64,000 bases of DNA from Octopus sinensis (GCF_006345805.1 NC_042997.1:148676001-148740000); one strand, 5' to 3'; positions 37,401 through 52,879 are shown, counted from the first letter of the stretch. Program-made: numbers and translations. Notes: generated from the sequence alone by a model not told the origin.

Positions 37401-40400
37401 TGCTGCTACGTTTCGTGACTGTGGTGACGTGAATGCTTTGGGGACAATCATTTGTTTCCTTGGTTTTGCGATTTCAGAACTCCCTTTGTTCCAATGTAAA
37501 CATGAATGACTAAAAAAATTAAGAATAAAAATAAGAATAATAAAATTTCCTATTTAACAGTTCTGCCTTCCATATACGTTTGGGAACGATAGAATATCTT
37601 TCCCCTAGCCACGCACACATACACGCACACGTATACAATATCAAGAATGTGTGTGTGAGTGTGTGCTTTTGAGTGTAATGCTTGATTCGTTTATGTCAGA
37701 ATATTCGCTTTACATTTACATTTCGATCTCGGAAGAATTACAGGCAATATTCCTCCCGCTAGGATTTGAACATAGACTGGAAAAAGTTGATAAAATTCTC
37801 GTAAGTCGAATTTTCTCTTGTGATTCTAAAATTCCATGAGTAATGCAATAGGAGTAATATTTGCTTGATGAGAACACATTAAGGTAATTAGGCTACAAAG
37901 ACACTTAGAAATAACACGATGTAATGAGACAACAGTTTGAAAGAATATTTCACGCCGAGTACTGTTAAAAATTAATTAATATTTTAAGTTAAATGAATTC
38001 TAAAATGATGGAGACATACATTAATACTGTAGCAGCTGTTATATACAGCTACTTATAAAAATGAAGTGGCTGTTACAATAGTTTCCATTAACAATTAAAT
38101 GAATTCACAAACATGATGGTGTGTTCTAAATAAAGACAGCATTTAAAACAGAAGTCGACATAGAAATATGTTTACTACGGAGAGAAGAATTGCACCTTTA
38201 ACTATTATAAGCTCTATATTTTGTATTACAAAAACTTACGTGGAAAGAATGAATACAAAAGAATAAAGTTAGTTTCAAAGATTAATAACACAAAAACTGT
38301 TTTCCAGCTTCAAAGACATCGAAAAAATAAGACAGAGTCGCAGGAAATATCATGAGGAGAATAATGAATTAATTATAGAAAGTATTGAAAAATGTAAAAG
38401 TAAATAATAAACTAGATTATAGATGTCATGCTGACGTGTTGGCAGATAGAAAAACGACCTACATGGTCAATATCTAACATAATTTTGTAAAGTAAAAATT
38501 GATAAAGAGCTACTACTGTCTGGCAACTTCACAATGCAAAGTTTTTAATTCAGTGTTTTTATCTAACGTGGGAGAATTTGCTCAAGAAACAAAAAAAACC
38601 TATAATGAATTGCTAAAAATTCTATGTCAGAATGTACAGAGATTCGCTTAGCTCGTTCTGGCTCTGTCGTCTTGAAGTGACAGACGCAGAAGCGTAATAA
38701 ATTCTATACAATGTAACCGATGATAGCATTACATAATATGTATTGAGGTTAGAAAATTTCAGTGAATGTATTTTCACACATAAAAAAAACAGATTAATGC
38801 AGACCACGCATACATTAATTTCACGAAGTGAGTGTGAGAGACAGCCAGATAGACAGTGAGAGAGAAAGTGTGTGTGTGTGAAAGAGTTTCTGTGAAAGAG
38901 AGAGGAGATCATTTCATAAAGCCTCAAGTTCCTTTGTAGTCACTTCTGCCAGCCGATGCGCTGCAATGGAGAGTGATATACTGAAGTATTCAAGAAACAA
39001 ATGTATATTTCTAGAGAAAACGTCTTAGTTTATTTTTTTAAAACTGTCTTTGAAGTCGGAAAACACGTTTTGAGCTACTTCTAGTTTCATTTAGTTGTTA
39101 GCATTGATTTTTAAATATATTAGTTTTGTACTTCTAAATATATATTTTAATATAGCGTTCTAATGTCAAAAGTGCAGTACCTCCCTCCGATCGTGTTAAA
39201 TAATGTCTTTATATAGCCCTCTGTTGTAAATAGTCTCGATTCTTTAATGTTTTTCACGAAGTTTGTAAAACCCACTTAACATTTAGTGAAAAATATTGTA
39301 ACGGCAATTGATATTTGCATATTTTCAAAGAATGAATACCAAAGCAGCGGGAGTATTCATATATAATACTTTAATTTTAGAATATAGCTCATTTAAGTAT
39401 TTAGTTCAATGAAAATATATTCGTACGAAAAACGTTTTCACATCTTTTCAGGCGTTTTACAAGCTATCGCCGACATTATTGATTGGAAATCGGAATTCCT
39501 ATAGCAGAAATATGACTGCAGCTCTGGGTTGAAGAACAACAATTCCGAAAGAATATAAATCAAAATCAACCCTGTTGAAGTTTGAACCCACAACGGAAAT
39601 ATTTGGAACAATTATCGTAATGCACTGTGTCAGGCACATTTACTGCCGCTGATGATTGCTTTCAATTTCAAAGACAAAAAATCAACCCTATCCCCCCTGA
39701 ATTACATCTGATATTATTAAGTCTGCGAAATAAATGGAAACATTAATTATAGCAGATATATTGGAAACGCTGCAAAGGAACGCCTACAAATATATAACAA
39801 TTACAACTTACAACACATACACAGTTTAGAAGCAATAACGCTACTAGCAGCTGCACGGTTAATGTAGATATATGTTACTTGAAATACAATAGAGATTTCT
39901 CATGGCAAATGTCTCACTAAATTAAAATATATTTCCCGTCCGATTTGATCAACGTATCCCGGGAAACAATTATCCTTGGATAAATTCTAATCCTCAAAGT
40001 ATTCCAATTTTATTTGACCAATGTGTTTACTTGGATCGTTCATTATCACGAACATTCTATTTACTAGCTAAAGATGTATCTCTTTCGGAATTATAAGTTC
40101 ATGTATTGAACGTGTATGTTAGCTGCGCGCCTCCAGTTTCACATAATGATATTCCGTTATAGTGATATATGACAATAAGAGAAGGCATCTAATTTCCCAT
40201 AACCCTCTTGCAAATTATTTATAAGAATATCACGAATACGATTGACAGATATCAGTTTATTATAGTTTTCAATATCTCGGAAACTTTCCGACATATTATA
40301 TGGTGTCTGTACACGGTAGCTGTCTTTTAACAAAATATACAACTGAATGTTCTTTAAATAATACATTATTGGCTTCGAAAATGAAGGATATCTCAAACAA

Positions 40401-40675
40401 GATAGTCGTAGATGCATTGCCGGATAAAAGTCGGAGTGGCAACGGTTGAAATGTGTGTGGTTGTAGACCTGTCATTCAGGAGATCAACTGGGAGTAAAGG
40501 AATTTGACACTTACATACTTGAGGCAAACTTAATGCAATACAAATTATAACTGGAAATTGTCATTTCACACTAGAAACAGTTGATTCAATAGCATGTACA
40601 GGATCCGAAATTCATTGACATCCAAACTAAAGAAGAGAAAGTAAGGACTTGTACATTTTCAAAACTGATATCGAC

Positions 40676-40676
<1 letters not shown>

Positions 40677-40744
<68 letters not shown>

Positions 40745-40745
40745 A
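40677..40745. repeat. (TATC)n microsatellite
   Basis: Directly visible. Confidence 0.97.
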
Positions 40746-40856
40746 TCCTTAAATCTGCTTCTGATTACTGAAAAACTACCATACATACACCGTGTCGTAT
40801 GTTAAGGAGTCGGATCAACATAAGTGCACTAGGCACAATAATTATTTCGTTATTGC

Positions 40857-41055
40857 CCACTGGGGGCTAAACATAGAGAGAACAAACAAAGGCAGACAAA
40901 GGGATTAAGTCGATTACATTGACACCAGTGCGTAACTGGTACTTACTTAATCGACCCCGGAATGATGAAGGGCAAAGTCGACCTCGGCGGAATTTGAACT
41001 CAGAACGTAACGGCTGACGAAATGCCACTTGGTAGTTCGCCTGGCGTACTAGGCA
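40857..41055 (-). mobile_element. SINE family B copy
   Basis: Reverse complement of 34300-34495 (ORF 40867..41058 resembles the family B translation). Confidence 0.85.
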
Positions 41056-42973
41056 CACTAATTGTTATTAATAAGAAAATGCTTGAATGACTTTGGTAGT
41101 GTCCATTTTCCAGCATGCATGAACTAGTATTGAGATACGTCTTAACTTATTTAATGATTGTGTTACCTTTAAGAAACATTTGTTTATTGTTTGAATGAAT
41201 ATAAAGTTGAAATACACTATTCCAGTATTGCATTTCATTGAAGAAACATTTATGGTTTCATAATTTATAACAGTATTGTCACAATGTTGTATTCCCAAGT
41301 ACGTTTCTCCTTCGACACAAGTTTGACATATCTTTTTGTACGTGCATTTTGAAAATAAATTTATTTCTTCTACAACATATCTTGGACATTAGGCGTATAA
41401 ATTATGCAAGGGTGCGTGTTGTACGCTGGCAAGTAGGGTATTTAAAGATATAAACGAGTTGTCTGATTGTATAAAGCAGAGTGGGACCCTGGTCATACGA
41501 TTTGTAACAGAGATAGGCTATATGTTTGACGTAAGAATATACAAAACTATCACAGCTTTATTTACTTACATTGTTGTGTTATTAAATAGAGCTGTTCAAT
41601 TAAATCAAATTAAATAAGAAATAGGTATATATAACCTAGGTATATATTTATATTAGTGTGACAAAGTGGTCAATTTTCTCTTACACTATCTCCATATGCA
41701 AATCTAACATAAGCAACTGCAGCGATATATTTGAACAAGATACAATTGAAATTGTTCTCTATGCTAAAAGAACACACAAAACACCATCATTAAAAGACTT
41801 AAGTAAATAAATGCGGTGTCATCATGTTTAGAAACATATATTCCCGAATTAACCTAAAGTCTGAAGCAATAAATTGGAGTTGTCAGTCATGAAAGTTGAA
41901 ACAAAGTAATTTAAATGTGATTTCAAACAATATTTGAAGTTCGAAGAATTGGAATAGATCGCAAAAACGTCAAATATTAACAGCAATAAGATAAACATTT
42001 AAAAGGAACAGGAAATTTATATTTAAAATAAAAGTGGATATATATCTGATATATGTGAAATCCTTCAAACCTATGCTAGATGGAAAACATAACAACATAC
42101 AAATGTTCTCTCGAGAAAAAATAAACATCAATGTGCTGTTAATATGATTAAATGAGCGCATTCACTTTCATATATTTGTGAATGCATGCATTTTACATGT
42201 AGTCATTATTTCCTGGATACTGCTAAAACATTATTGGTATTTTCCTTCAAACTGCGTTGTATGTTGAGAGTAATATATAGGGTAATAGCGATATATATTA
42301 CAAATGAGAACTCTTGTTTAATCACCATTATCTCGTAAAATAAGCAAGCATGTAATTTCATTTCAGTTTTGATCTTCGTTACAGCAACATTAATTTTTAT
42401 TTCATATTAAAATGTTAATAACAAAGCGTTGATTAGCAGATATTGATTTCTAGATGTATCGTAGTTTCGGTGACATATCTATATTCAGCCATAGGAATAT
42501 ATTGCTCATTTAATCGTGTTCCATTAATCTAGTCAGGCGGAGGCCAAAACATAACTTAATATAAAATAATTATAATCTTGTTTTTGATTGCTCAATGTAA
42601 TTTTGTTTCTCTGATGAGCGGGTTTATTTAAATTGATGGCATATATTCATTGTTGATAATTCTCTATATTGAATGGACAGTATGTATTTTGTTTATTTTC
42701 CATGCAAAAATAAATGATTATAGTATTCGAAAATAACGTTAACCCTCTCAATGTAAAGCAATGAAATTAATAAAATCCTTCATGTAGATATATTGTGTAT
42801 ACAGATATAGAACATAACATTTATCTATGAGAATATAAAATATATATTCTCACAAGTGCCCATTACCTCTGTAAATATAGGCATGTGTAATGGAAATTCT
42901 GTAGTTATGTAATTTGTTTTAGCCAAAACAACGAGAGTCATGCGTCTTATATCTATTTTTTTTTTATTTTTAG

Positions 42974-43035
42974 GCTGGATTGTGGACTATCGGACGATTT
43001 CACATGTGAAATACCCTATAAAAACATCCGTCCCG
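42974..43035 (+). CDS. Candidate 62-nt exon of an unidentified host gene
   Basis: Strong acceptor (tctatttttttttatttttag) and donor (CG|gtaatt). Two frames are open (LDCGLSDDFTCEIPYKNIRP and WIVDYRTISHVKYPIKTSVP). Confidence 0.3.
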
Positions 43036-43815
43036 GTAATTTTGGAAGACTATGTAATAATAAGCTAAATGATGCAAAAAATATTGGACAAAATCTGAAA
43101 TGCAATTAAACTCTATACAAGCAATCGATATATGGGTATGTATGTTACTTTTTAAATTGATATAAAGTTTACTTACCGAAGGAAAGAGACAAAATATGCA
43201 GAAACGAAAAGTTACACTACATAAATATATCCTAAACCTACTTAGAATAAATTCCCTGGAACGATAAATAACATACAAATAGAGACAATATTGCTTGCAG
43301 ATACCTGCTTAAAGCACAAATGTCAGAGAATGCAATTGTTATTTAGATAGAGGCGATATCTGACGATTTTCAAACCTATTCCAAAGTATGAATATACGTT
43401 TAAGAGGAGAATTTATAGATACGTAAGTAAATAGCTGAAATAATTGTCAACAATACCCCTAACACCAGCTAGCTATCTTATGCATGGGCATCTATTTGTG
43501 TGTGTAGGCATATTTGAAAGTGTGTCTAACCCGGATGGAAAGTAGAGATGTACATGTGTATCTGTACATTAATAAACACGTGTCAATTTAAACAACGTCT
43601 ACGTAACTGCATACACGTGACCCAGTAAATGTATATAGTTGTGTATATAATTATGTGTGCCTGCACTTATGTATACGCCTATATTCTTGTTCCCGTAAAC
43701 TTGATAGGCAGTGTATGTTATACATATATTTGTACATTTTGAAAATAAGCGAGCGCATATTTATGTAACCACAGTCGTGATGAGATATTAGGCTGTGCCC
43801 ACGAACTTTTTTCAG

Positions 43816-43917
43816 ATACTCCAATACTGATAGAATGCAGAGAGGACGTTTTCTTCAAGTTTTCGACCAGGCCGAACGCTTTAACAATTTCCTCTCCTCA
43901 AAAGCACTTGTCGAGCG
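43816..43917 (+). CDS. Candidate 102-nt exon
   Basis: Acceptor gaacttttttcag, two open frames and a weak donor gtagtg. Phase-compatible with the 42974-43035 candidate. Confidence 0.2.
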
Positions 43918-45384
43918 GTAGTGTTAAACCTGGCCACGAAGAAAACATACCCAAAAAGCAGCCATTACTGAATTTTCAAAATCAGAAACAAGCCTATATA
44001 TTCGCTATTCTTTCACTCCTTTGAATCTCGTTGACATATAACACTACCGAAATACATACAAAAGCTATGATAATTGTTAATCTCTCGCACAAAAACATTT
44101 ACTCTCCGTTTTTTCGAAAAGAATTGTAAAATATTCACTTCCTTTTGCGTCTGCATAAATTAATTTGAGATTCCTTATTGTCCTTGTCAAAATTAGTTCT
44201 CGTACAGATGGAGAAAGATCGATGCGCTTACTCCACCAAGTGCTAATTTATGCATAACATTGTTCTGTGCTATCTAGCATACGATCGTCATCATCTGTCT
44301 CATTTGATGATGAAGGAGAATCAGAAAAACTAAAAATTTTCTTCAATCATTTATCTGCGATTTGAATTCTCCTATCGACAAGGGCCACTTGCGCTTAAGC
44401 ACATTTACGAAGTAGACGCACTGATATCAATTGATGAAGGCCGTATCCATGTAAAGGTTTTGAAAAGCCAAACTAATGATAATTGATGTTCTGGAACGAA
44501 ACAACAAATGATGATATTTGCTTTTAAGGATTAAGTAACATTTTAATTCTTAAAAGTGTTAAGCTAATTTAAAAACGAAACTAGAAGCTACGCAAAAATA
44601 TCTTGATGAAATATCGCTCCAAAGATCATGAATAAAGTATAAACAACGTACAGACGCACTTACACATACAAACACACAAGTGCAGATACAGCATATCTGT
44701 GTTTGCACGAATGTTCCAGATTTTATCATATAATTACAAAGTTTAAAATTTGACGAAATACTACCATTTAGGGAATAAATATATTGTACGTATGTATATT
44801 AAGTTGGCTCTAAAGTGTTTTGCATTACAGACACGAAGGTATGCAATTCTTCTCAAAGTATATTTCAAAGCATTAACATTTCCTTGTGGAATTTTAAACT
44901 AGCCAATCAAGTTTGCTTAACAAATGTTTGTTCTAAATTTCAGGAGCATATATCATAATTGCTGAGAGGCGTATAAAAATGACTTTGTAAATTCTTTTAA
45001 TGCATATATAAAACGAAAGAAGCGTATTTATTCCATTAAATATGGAAAGAATTAAATTCATTGAAAATATGATGTAAGTGGATAATACAAGTGTAGTAGG
45101 TAAAGGATGTGCCAACAAACATACATTGCGACAGTAAAAGCGGAAATTAAACGTGAACAATGTACATTAAAAGAGAACATGCTTATGCAAACTATAATAC
45201 ACTCAACAAAATCGGAATAAAATTCCTTTAAAGAAATGTGTTACGGATTAAAACAAGAATTATTTCCTATTCATAAATTATATATGTGTGTGAGTGTGTG
45301 TGCGTGTGTGTGTATGTATCTGTGTATATATGTAACTATCTTTATCTATACACACAGACATGTATATATACAAATACAGAGAGA

Positions 45385-45490
45385 GATAGAGATAGATAGA
45401 GAGAGATATATAGAGAGATAGAGATAGAGATAGATCGAGAGAGAAATAGAGAGTGAGAAAGATAGAGAGAGAAAAAGATAGGTAGATAGG

Positions 45491-45589
<99 letters not shown>

Positions 45590-45590
45590 A
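45385..45590. repeat. (GA)n/(GATA)n microsatellite
   Basis: Directly visible. Confidence 0.95.
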
Positions 45591-46308
45591 TAGATTGTAT
45601 ATGTGGTTCGCTGAAGTCTGAAAGAGGTAATATGAAGTGCTTGATGAATGAGGCTTTTCTGCATTCTATGTATGTGACGTATTACAGAACATCATTAAAT
45701 AACAAAAAATATTTTACATATATTGCCATTTATAGCAAAATAAGAACCGCATTTATCATTTTACACTTCAAGTTCAATGTAATACGGTTACGCCTTTCTT
45801 CCCCTTCTTTTTATATGGTGCTTATCTTTTTATACTTTATGTGAAATATCCCTTGAAATCTATAGATTTTCTGCCCATGCTTTACTTAAACATATATACA
45901 TGCATACATGCATACATACGTACATACAGACATACACACGCGCACACACACACACACATATATATATATATGTTCTATACTTGTGTAAAGAGATGATTAT
46001 TTCAATTATGTATTGGTGTCTGAACCATACCTAAACACTACATACAGATATATATGCGCACATGGATGCACGCACAGGTATATGAACACATATATGTTTT
46101 TGAATGTACAACTAATGTATATTTTAGCCATTCGATGTATACTTGAAAATACTATTCTGTGTAAGTCGAGCAGGAGATATGTGTGCTTAATACATTTTTG
46201 ATTGTATAATACTTGAATTCTTTGAGCACATTGAGTTTCATTATTCATCCGTTGAGAGCCATCCACTCCCCATTCGCAGAAAATGCGAATAATGGTCCTG
46301 AACCGAGA

Positions 46309-46339
<31 letters not shown>

Positions 46340-46359
46340 TGAGAAACATTTCCTCGCCT

Positions 46360-46635
46360 GAGGAAACAACTAGATCTCATAATGCAGGGAAGTGGTTACA
46401 TAATCATGTACATACTCGCTTCGTGATCTACGTTGTGTGGAAGCAATCGTAGAGGTTAAAAAACAAATGTCTAACCATACCGTACTCCTTGTTGACTCCA
46501 ATTTTGTCAATTATGCATTCACAAACGAAAGATGCCCAAACGGAAACCTAGAAGTTCTTAAAATACTACTACTGGATAGCATAAGGTAAATCTGAAGGTG
46601 GTCAAGCCTTATACTGTACTCTACTAGTTTCTTAA
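46360..46635 (+). repeat. Unclassified interspersed repeat, copy 1 of 3
   Basis: ggaaacaactagatct...aatgcag...gttgactccaa...aaacctagaagt...actactactggatagca...ttcttaacaaaata is shared with 62595-62880. Confidence 0.8.
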
Positions 46636-46672
46636 CAAAATACATGTCTATATCTATCTATCAATCTCTCTG

Positions 46673-46703
<31 letters not shown>

Positions 46704-47559
46704 TTATATATATATATATATATATACTGTATATATATATATATGCATGTAGATCATAAAAAATATATTTTTTTCTTTGTAACTATATGGCTAACTGACT
46801 AGCAATTTGCATGTACGCTCTATGTCTCAGTCACTATACGTTTTGGATTTTTTGTGCATGTGAGTAATGTCATATTAAAAAAGTGACTATATTCGAGTTG
46901 ATTTTATTATTAAGTATTTGTATCGTTATATATTATGTAAGTCTAATTTAGTGTAATAGAATCCCTAACTCTATGAGTATTTTTTGTATCGCAATGAAGA
47001 TAATGCTTTTTTGCTGCAATGTTTTCAGCACATTAAAATCATGGGAATAATAATATAACTAATTATAGTATTTAACAACAGACAGAAGAAAAAAAAAGTA
47101 ATTAATTTCTAGGAGACTAATACATTTTACCTGTAAATTTCTTTTCGTGTTTTGCAATCGTTCTGTATGTAATTTTGCTTTCTTGTTGGGTTTCTTTAGA
47201 AAATTGTTTTGCTGAAATCTATAGGTAATCCATACAATTTTATCATATTCATAGTTATTGGTTGTCTTGTTACTCACAAAATACAAAACAAATTACATCA
47301 CAGTATACACGATGTATATTCACACTGTAAACGTAAGCACGAACTAAGATATATTGCAAAATATGATATCCCAAATCTCTCCAATAACATCGAGCCACAA
47401 ATCAACAGCTTATTAAACTAGATATTAATCCAGTTAATAGATTGTTGATTTCAAGATTGCATTGAATACAGAAATTTCAGTGTAATCTTGAAATAAAACT
47501 TAGATATTATTGCTAACACTATACTTACAAAGATGGAATTAGTTCTTCTGTCATTGTGG

Positions 47560-48130
47560 GCAATGATCAAGTGCTTCGCATGGGAGAAGACAAGGTACGG
47601 TGTGTCCGACTGTGGATAGCTAGTCCAAAGCGTGGTGATAAGGTTCTGCCGTAGGTCGGACACTGGTGATGTGCTGGGATTGACAGAGAGTAGTAGAATC
47701 TCTACTTGTGCAGTTGGCAATCCTGTTCTGTTTATAGCAGGTGGTACCTTGGTAGTTCAACCTCGCCAAGGAAAGCGGCCTTGCGCTTGCTTTTCCCAGG
47801 TGTCGGGGTTTATTTCACAGCTCTTCAGTGAGGCTTTGAGTGCATCCTTGAAGCGGCTTTTTCTACCTTGCGTGAACTTTACGTCAGACATTTCTCTGTA
47901 AAACAGTCTCTAAGTTTAAAAAGAAAACTGTTTGTACTCATGAGGAAATGTATTAATCTAGGAAATAGAAAATAGCTATACTTGTGTGGAAGAACGAAAA
48001 AATATTAGGCACCAAATTATACAGTTGATGCAGTAAAGGCGTTAAACTTGGTATTTACATAATTCAGAAGAGACGATTTCTTCCAGAAGTGGTTGTATAA
48101 AAGCTGCACCGACCATCTTTTACGAGTGTA
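47560..48130 (-). mobile_element. RTE-clade LINE 3' fragment (ORF2 C-terminus)
   Basis: Minus-strand translation RLFYREMSDVKFTQGRKSRFKDALKASLKSCEINPDTWEKQAQGRFPWR, followed by CPTYGRTLSPRFGLAIHSRTH, resembles the RTE tail. The upstream extension to ~48130 is weaker. Confidence 0.8.
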
Positions 48131-48674
48131 TGGAAAAATAAATGCATGAAGCATTTATTAAATTCTTCAGCAATGATGAGATATTTCTACTATGTTTGAT
48201 AGGATGATAATTGCAAGAGCAGAACTAGGGATGCTGCTTTTCGCTAGAATGGAATGTATGCTGTTATGCTTAGTAAGGAAGACGTTATTGTTTGAAGATA
48301 GAGCGACATTTTGGGTATCTTGATAGGTGGAATTAGAAAACAAAATTGTACCTACTTGTCAGGAAAATTGTGTCCTATGTGTACGCAAACTGGATTCTAA
48401 TTACAGAGCATTAATAGAACAAATTAGTTACTCCATGATAAATGTGTGGCATGGGGGCGTCTGCAAGTTGACAAATCTAATATCGCACTTAGTGCTATAT
48501 TCAGTTAGGGGACTGAATGTTGATTACAATAATATAAAAATGGTGTTGGATATTAGAAGAGAGAAATTGTATTTTTTTCTGATTGAGTGCAGAATCTTCA
48601 AAAAAGGACTGCTGTCCTCTCAGTATAAATTAAGAGATAATCGACTGAATAAGTGCTTTTGGCTTGTATCCCAA

Positions 48675-48738
48675 CAAGAGAATGAAGTATTTATCTCTAA
48701 TAATCAAGAGAATGAAGCCTTTATCTCTAATAATCAAG
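48675..48738. repeat. 30-bp tandem repeat, two copies
   Basis: caagagaatgaag(ta/cc)tttatctctaataat at 48675 and 48705. Confidence 0.92.
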
Positions 48739-49752
48739 TGATGTAACATGGGTCATTTCAGCACAAAGCCAAACTTAACTTACTCCTATATCAATTATTG
48801 AAACTGGCAGATAAGATTAAGTTCATAGTACAGTCACACGAATTAGAGAGCAGCTTTTGGAAGAAACAATTTTTTTAATATCATATAGTGGCAATATCGT
48901 TACATTTGACCGTGTACTAGAAATAGCAATCTATGTTTTCGTACGATAGTGTAATGCATGTTTTTATAAAATCAAATGAACTGGATACATGCCGAGGCCC
49001 TTACAATCTAAATTCATGTCAAAGGTAATTCATATTTTTATGGTTTGCCAGGTTCTTCCACTTCAACAGATATATGATTTCAGTGTATGATAGAAAGAAT
49101 TATTTTAGCATTTTCTTGCAGAATCAAAGTAGCACAATAAGGTATTCAACAATATGGATTCCTGCGAATGCTGCCATTGATTTGAAACAACCGAAAATAT
49201 ATTCTTATGCTTCCGTACATGAGAAAGACAATTGCTTCAATTTTAAGGCACAATATATTTATATGCGATTTTAGATATATATCTAAAAGAATCGGCTACA
49301 AATATAATTATATCGATGTAGGATCAGTATTTGAGTCACCGAATTCGTTTCATTTTGGGTATGTTTTGAAATTCGGTTCATATTTTTATAAGACGGCTTT
49401 GAGAAAATGACTATTAGATACTCACCGTTAACAATAATAGACTTATTTTCTAACTGCTGGCATATGATCAGAGACACGAATATTGCAATGTTGCATATAT
49501 TGTCCACATTTCTCTAGAAATAGGAGCATTTATCTGCAGAATTTCCTTTGGAAATATTTAAGGAAATTGCACAATAAAATGTTTCACATAATATACAGGT
49601 AGCATCTAAACTTGCATTCGGAAGCTCTTCAAAATTCTGACCAATCATACATGAATTTACCTGCTCAGCGAACATAAACATAAACATTATTACAACTCTC
49701 TACACTAAAATATAATACTCCCACAAAAATGTGTAGATACATGACACGGATT

Positions 49753-50132
<380 letters not shown>

Positions 50133-50735
50133 ACATGACTGGCTGTTTGTATGTCAGTCTGCTTGCCTAGCTGTCTGTCTGTTTCTTTCTTTCACACACA
50201 CACACACACGCACAAATATACATAGACGTCTACGTATAAAGGTATGTGTCAGTGTGTATCACTATATGCACGAGTGATTATATATGCGTGTGTATATTCA
50301 TAAATATGTACCTATACGTACACAGACACACACACACACACACACATATATATAAAACACAAAACTATGTGGTTATGCGGGCACGTGTATGCACACGCGT
50401 GTGTATCAAGAAGTAGCGGTAAAAAATATATAACACACCATATATTAGAATCCATTTAATGCTTCTTTATCTTGCATACCAGCTCCAAATTCTGTTTAAT
50501 ATCCTGGATGAGATTGCATTTTCTGTACTGGCATTGATTTCGTTGTTTGCTGCGATGTCATACTCACTTATATGCGTAGTTTCTAAATATCTACGATTGT
50601 ATCTGTTACATCTTAGGCTTTTCTAACTTGACTCACATATGGTTGTAATTCTAAAAAAAAATAATAAACCAAGGAAAAGATCTTAAACGTTGCAAAGCCT
50701 GCGTCATAGGTTTTTAAACTTCACTCTTTTAATGA

Positions 50736-51135
50736 TACTCTACTCTTTACTCTTTTACTTTTTTCAGTCATTTGACTGTGGCCATGCTGGAGCACCGCCT
50801 TTAGTCGAGCACATTGACCCCATGACTTATTCTTTGTAAGCCTAGTATTTATTCTATCGATCTGTTTTACCGAACCGCTAAGTTACGGGGACGTATACAC
50901 AATAGCATCGGTTGTCAAGCGATGTTGGGGGACGAACACAGACGCAAACACTCACACCCCTTTATATATATACGATGGGCTTCTTTGAGTTTCCGTCAAC
51001 CAAATCCACTCACAAGGCTTTGGTCGACCCGAGGCTATAGTAGGAGACACTTGTCCAAGGTGCCACGCAGTGGGACTGAACCCGGAACCATGTAGTTCGT
51101 AAGTAAGCTACTTACCACCCAGCCACTCCTACGCC
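50736..51135 (-). mobile_element. Full-length SINE family A
   Basis: Colinear with 22577-23025. The reverse complement starts ggcgtaggagtggctgggtggtaag. Confidence 0.9.
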
Positions 51136-51139
51136 AATG

Positions 51140-51320
51140 GTATCAAATTCTGGCACATGGCCAGAAAGTCTGTGTGTAGGCGTAAGTCGATTACTTCGAC
51201 CCCAGTGCTACCCTGAAGGGATAAAAATTACGTCGATCCCGGCGGAATTTGATGATGGACCACTAAGCATTTTGCCTGGCGTGCTAAGGTTCTGCCCGGC
51301 GCACTAACGTTTCTGCCACT
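51140..51320 (-). mobile_element. SINE family B fragment (internally deleted)
   Basis: aagtcgattacttcgacccc...ggcggaatttga...aagcattttgcctggcgtgctaa matches the family B reverse complement. Confidence 0.7.
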
Positions 51321-51479
51321 GCTTTAATAATAACGCCTACAATATCTCAGATATATATTATAGTAAGTCATATATTACATCATGTATATATTCCTATGCC
51401 GGCTATATCATTTTCAAATTTAAATGCCAATATGTTGTGCCTTGTCGACACTGTTAAGCTGCAGTGACGGGCAAAATTT

Positions 51480-52700
51480 ATGCAGTTATGCTGCAGTGAC
51501 GGACAAAAGCCTGTCAGCTGAACTACTGCAAACTTGAGAATTGGAAGTCAAGGACAGGGACTTCAAGAAGTTTAACACCTTATTGAAGGAGGGAGACGGT
51601 TTAAGACTGACACCTCTGAAAGAAGTGACTGAGAATACGGAAAAAAAAAACATCACGTACAGAACGTTGTATATAGCAACAAAGAAGGTGGAAATAGCAG
51701 CCATAGAAGCGGTAGAGGAATGCTTAAAATAGATAGAGGATATAACCACATTCTACAGCAGAGGGCGAATGTTCGGTACGGTGGAGATGCGCTTCGTAAA
51801 TGAGAACGAAGCAAAGAAATACTCCACCGTAGCCTTGAAATCAGCGAAAGTGTGCACTGTTACCTACTTACTGTGGTAAACGTGCGACCAGAGTAAGGAT
51901 AGGGAGGGTGCCCACCCCACCAAAATTGACGAGACATGGCTTGTGGTAGACATCCTCTACAATACAGAAGAGGCTGAAGTCCTGAAAATGTCGAAGACTG
52001 CGGAGGGGAACTGAAGGAGGTATGGAGTAGTGGTAATGGTCCATATCAGCCTACCAGACCTCCACAAGATTGTTGAAGAGCTCATTTTACCTGACGAAAC
52101 CAGACTGAGAATTATTGTAGAAGGTAGACCTCCAATATGTTTTACATGTGGAATAAGGTGTCACGTGAATGCCAAGTGTCCCCAGAAACAAGAACAGGAG
52201 GAGGCGGAGAAAGAGAGTCGAGAAAAAGAGGAAAAGAAGTTTACGGTGGTACAAAAGAAGAGAAAAAACAGCGAATCCCCGCCTAAAAAGAAAAGAAAGG
52301 CTTGGAAAATAAAAAGGAAAAAAGAAAAATGAGGAATCAACAGGAATACGAACACAAAGACCAGAGACTTCAACAAGCAATGAGGAGGAAAGACAGAAGA
52401 GACTAGAAACTGAGAAGGCGCAACAAATAAAGATGGAAACACGAGCAACATGGGATGAGAGTGAAGTAATACAGCCGAGAAAGCCACCGAAGAGAAAAGA
52501 AGTTCCAAGATGGAAGGCGTGATAAGGATTAAGCTGGGCGACAAAGAGGAGAATCGGAATATGAAAGCATAGTTGCTGGAAGATGAGAGAGCATGAAGAT
52601 TGAGAGACATATTCGGGGACAGGAGAAAGAATACAGCATTACGATTTAGACATGACGAATTACCATCAGTGATAGAATTCGAGCAGTTAATGGATTTTAT
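51480..52700 (+). pseudogene. Non-LTR retrotransposon ORF1 (gag-like, CCHC zinc knuckle) pseudogene
   Basis: IIVEGRPPICFTCGIRCHVNAKCP gives a CX2CX4HX4C knuckle. It is followed by a K/E-rich low-complexity tail. Upstream frames are broken. Confidence 0.6.
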
Positions 52701-52879
52701 GATTTAAACACGATACAAATAGGTAAAATGGAACTTTCTACTTTGTGGGGTAGGAAAGCCATTTCATTATTATCATTTTCCTAATTCATAATTGTACCCC
52801 ACGCTTTGTGTTGTCTGTCATTGTGGTGTCCCTTCTATATTGAGGCTTTATGCCTATGATAAAGAATATACGAAATGTC

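Noticed and set aside
42611-42650. CTGATGAG core motif
   Set aside because: No stem II or GAAA follows.
48327-48746. 139-aa ORF as a real protein
   Set aside because: GTG start, no recognisable domain, and its end is a 30-bp tandem repeat. It lies next to LINE debris.
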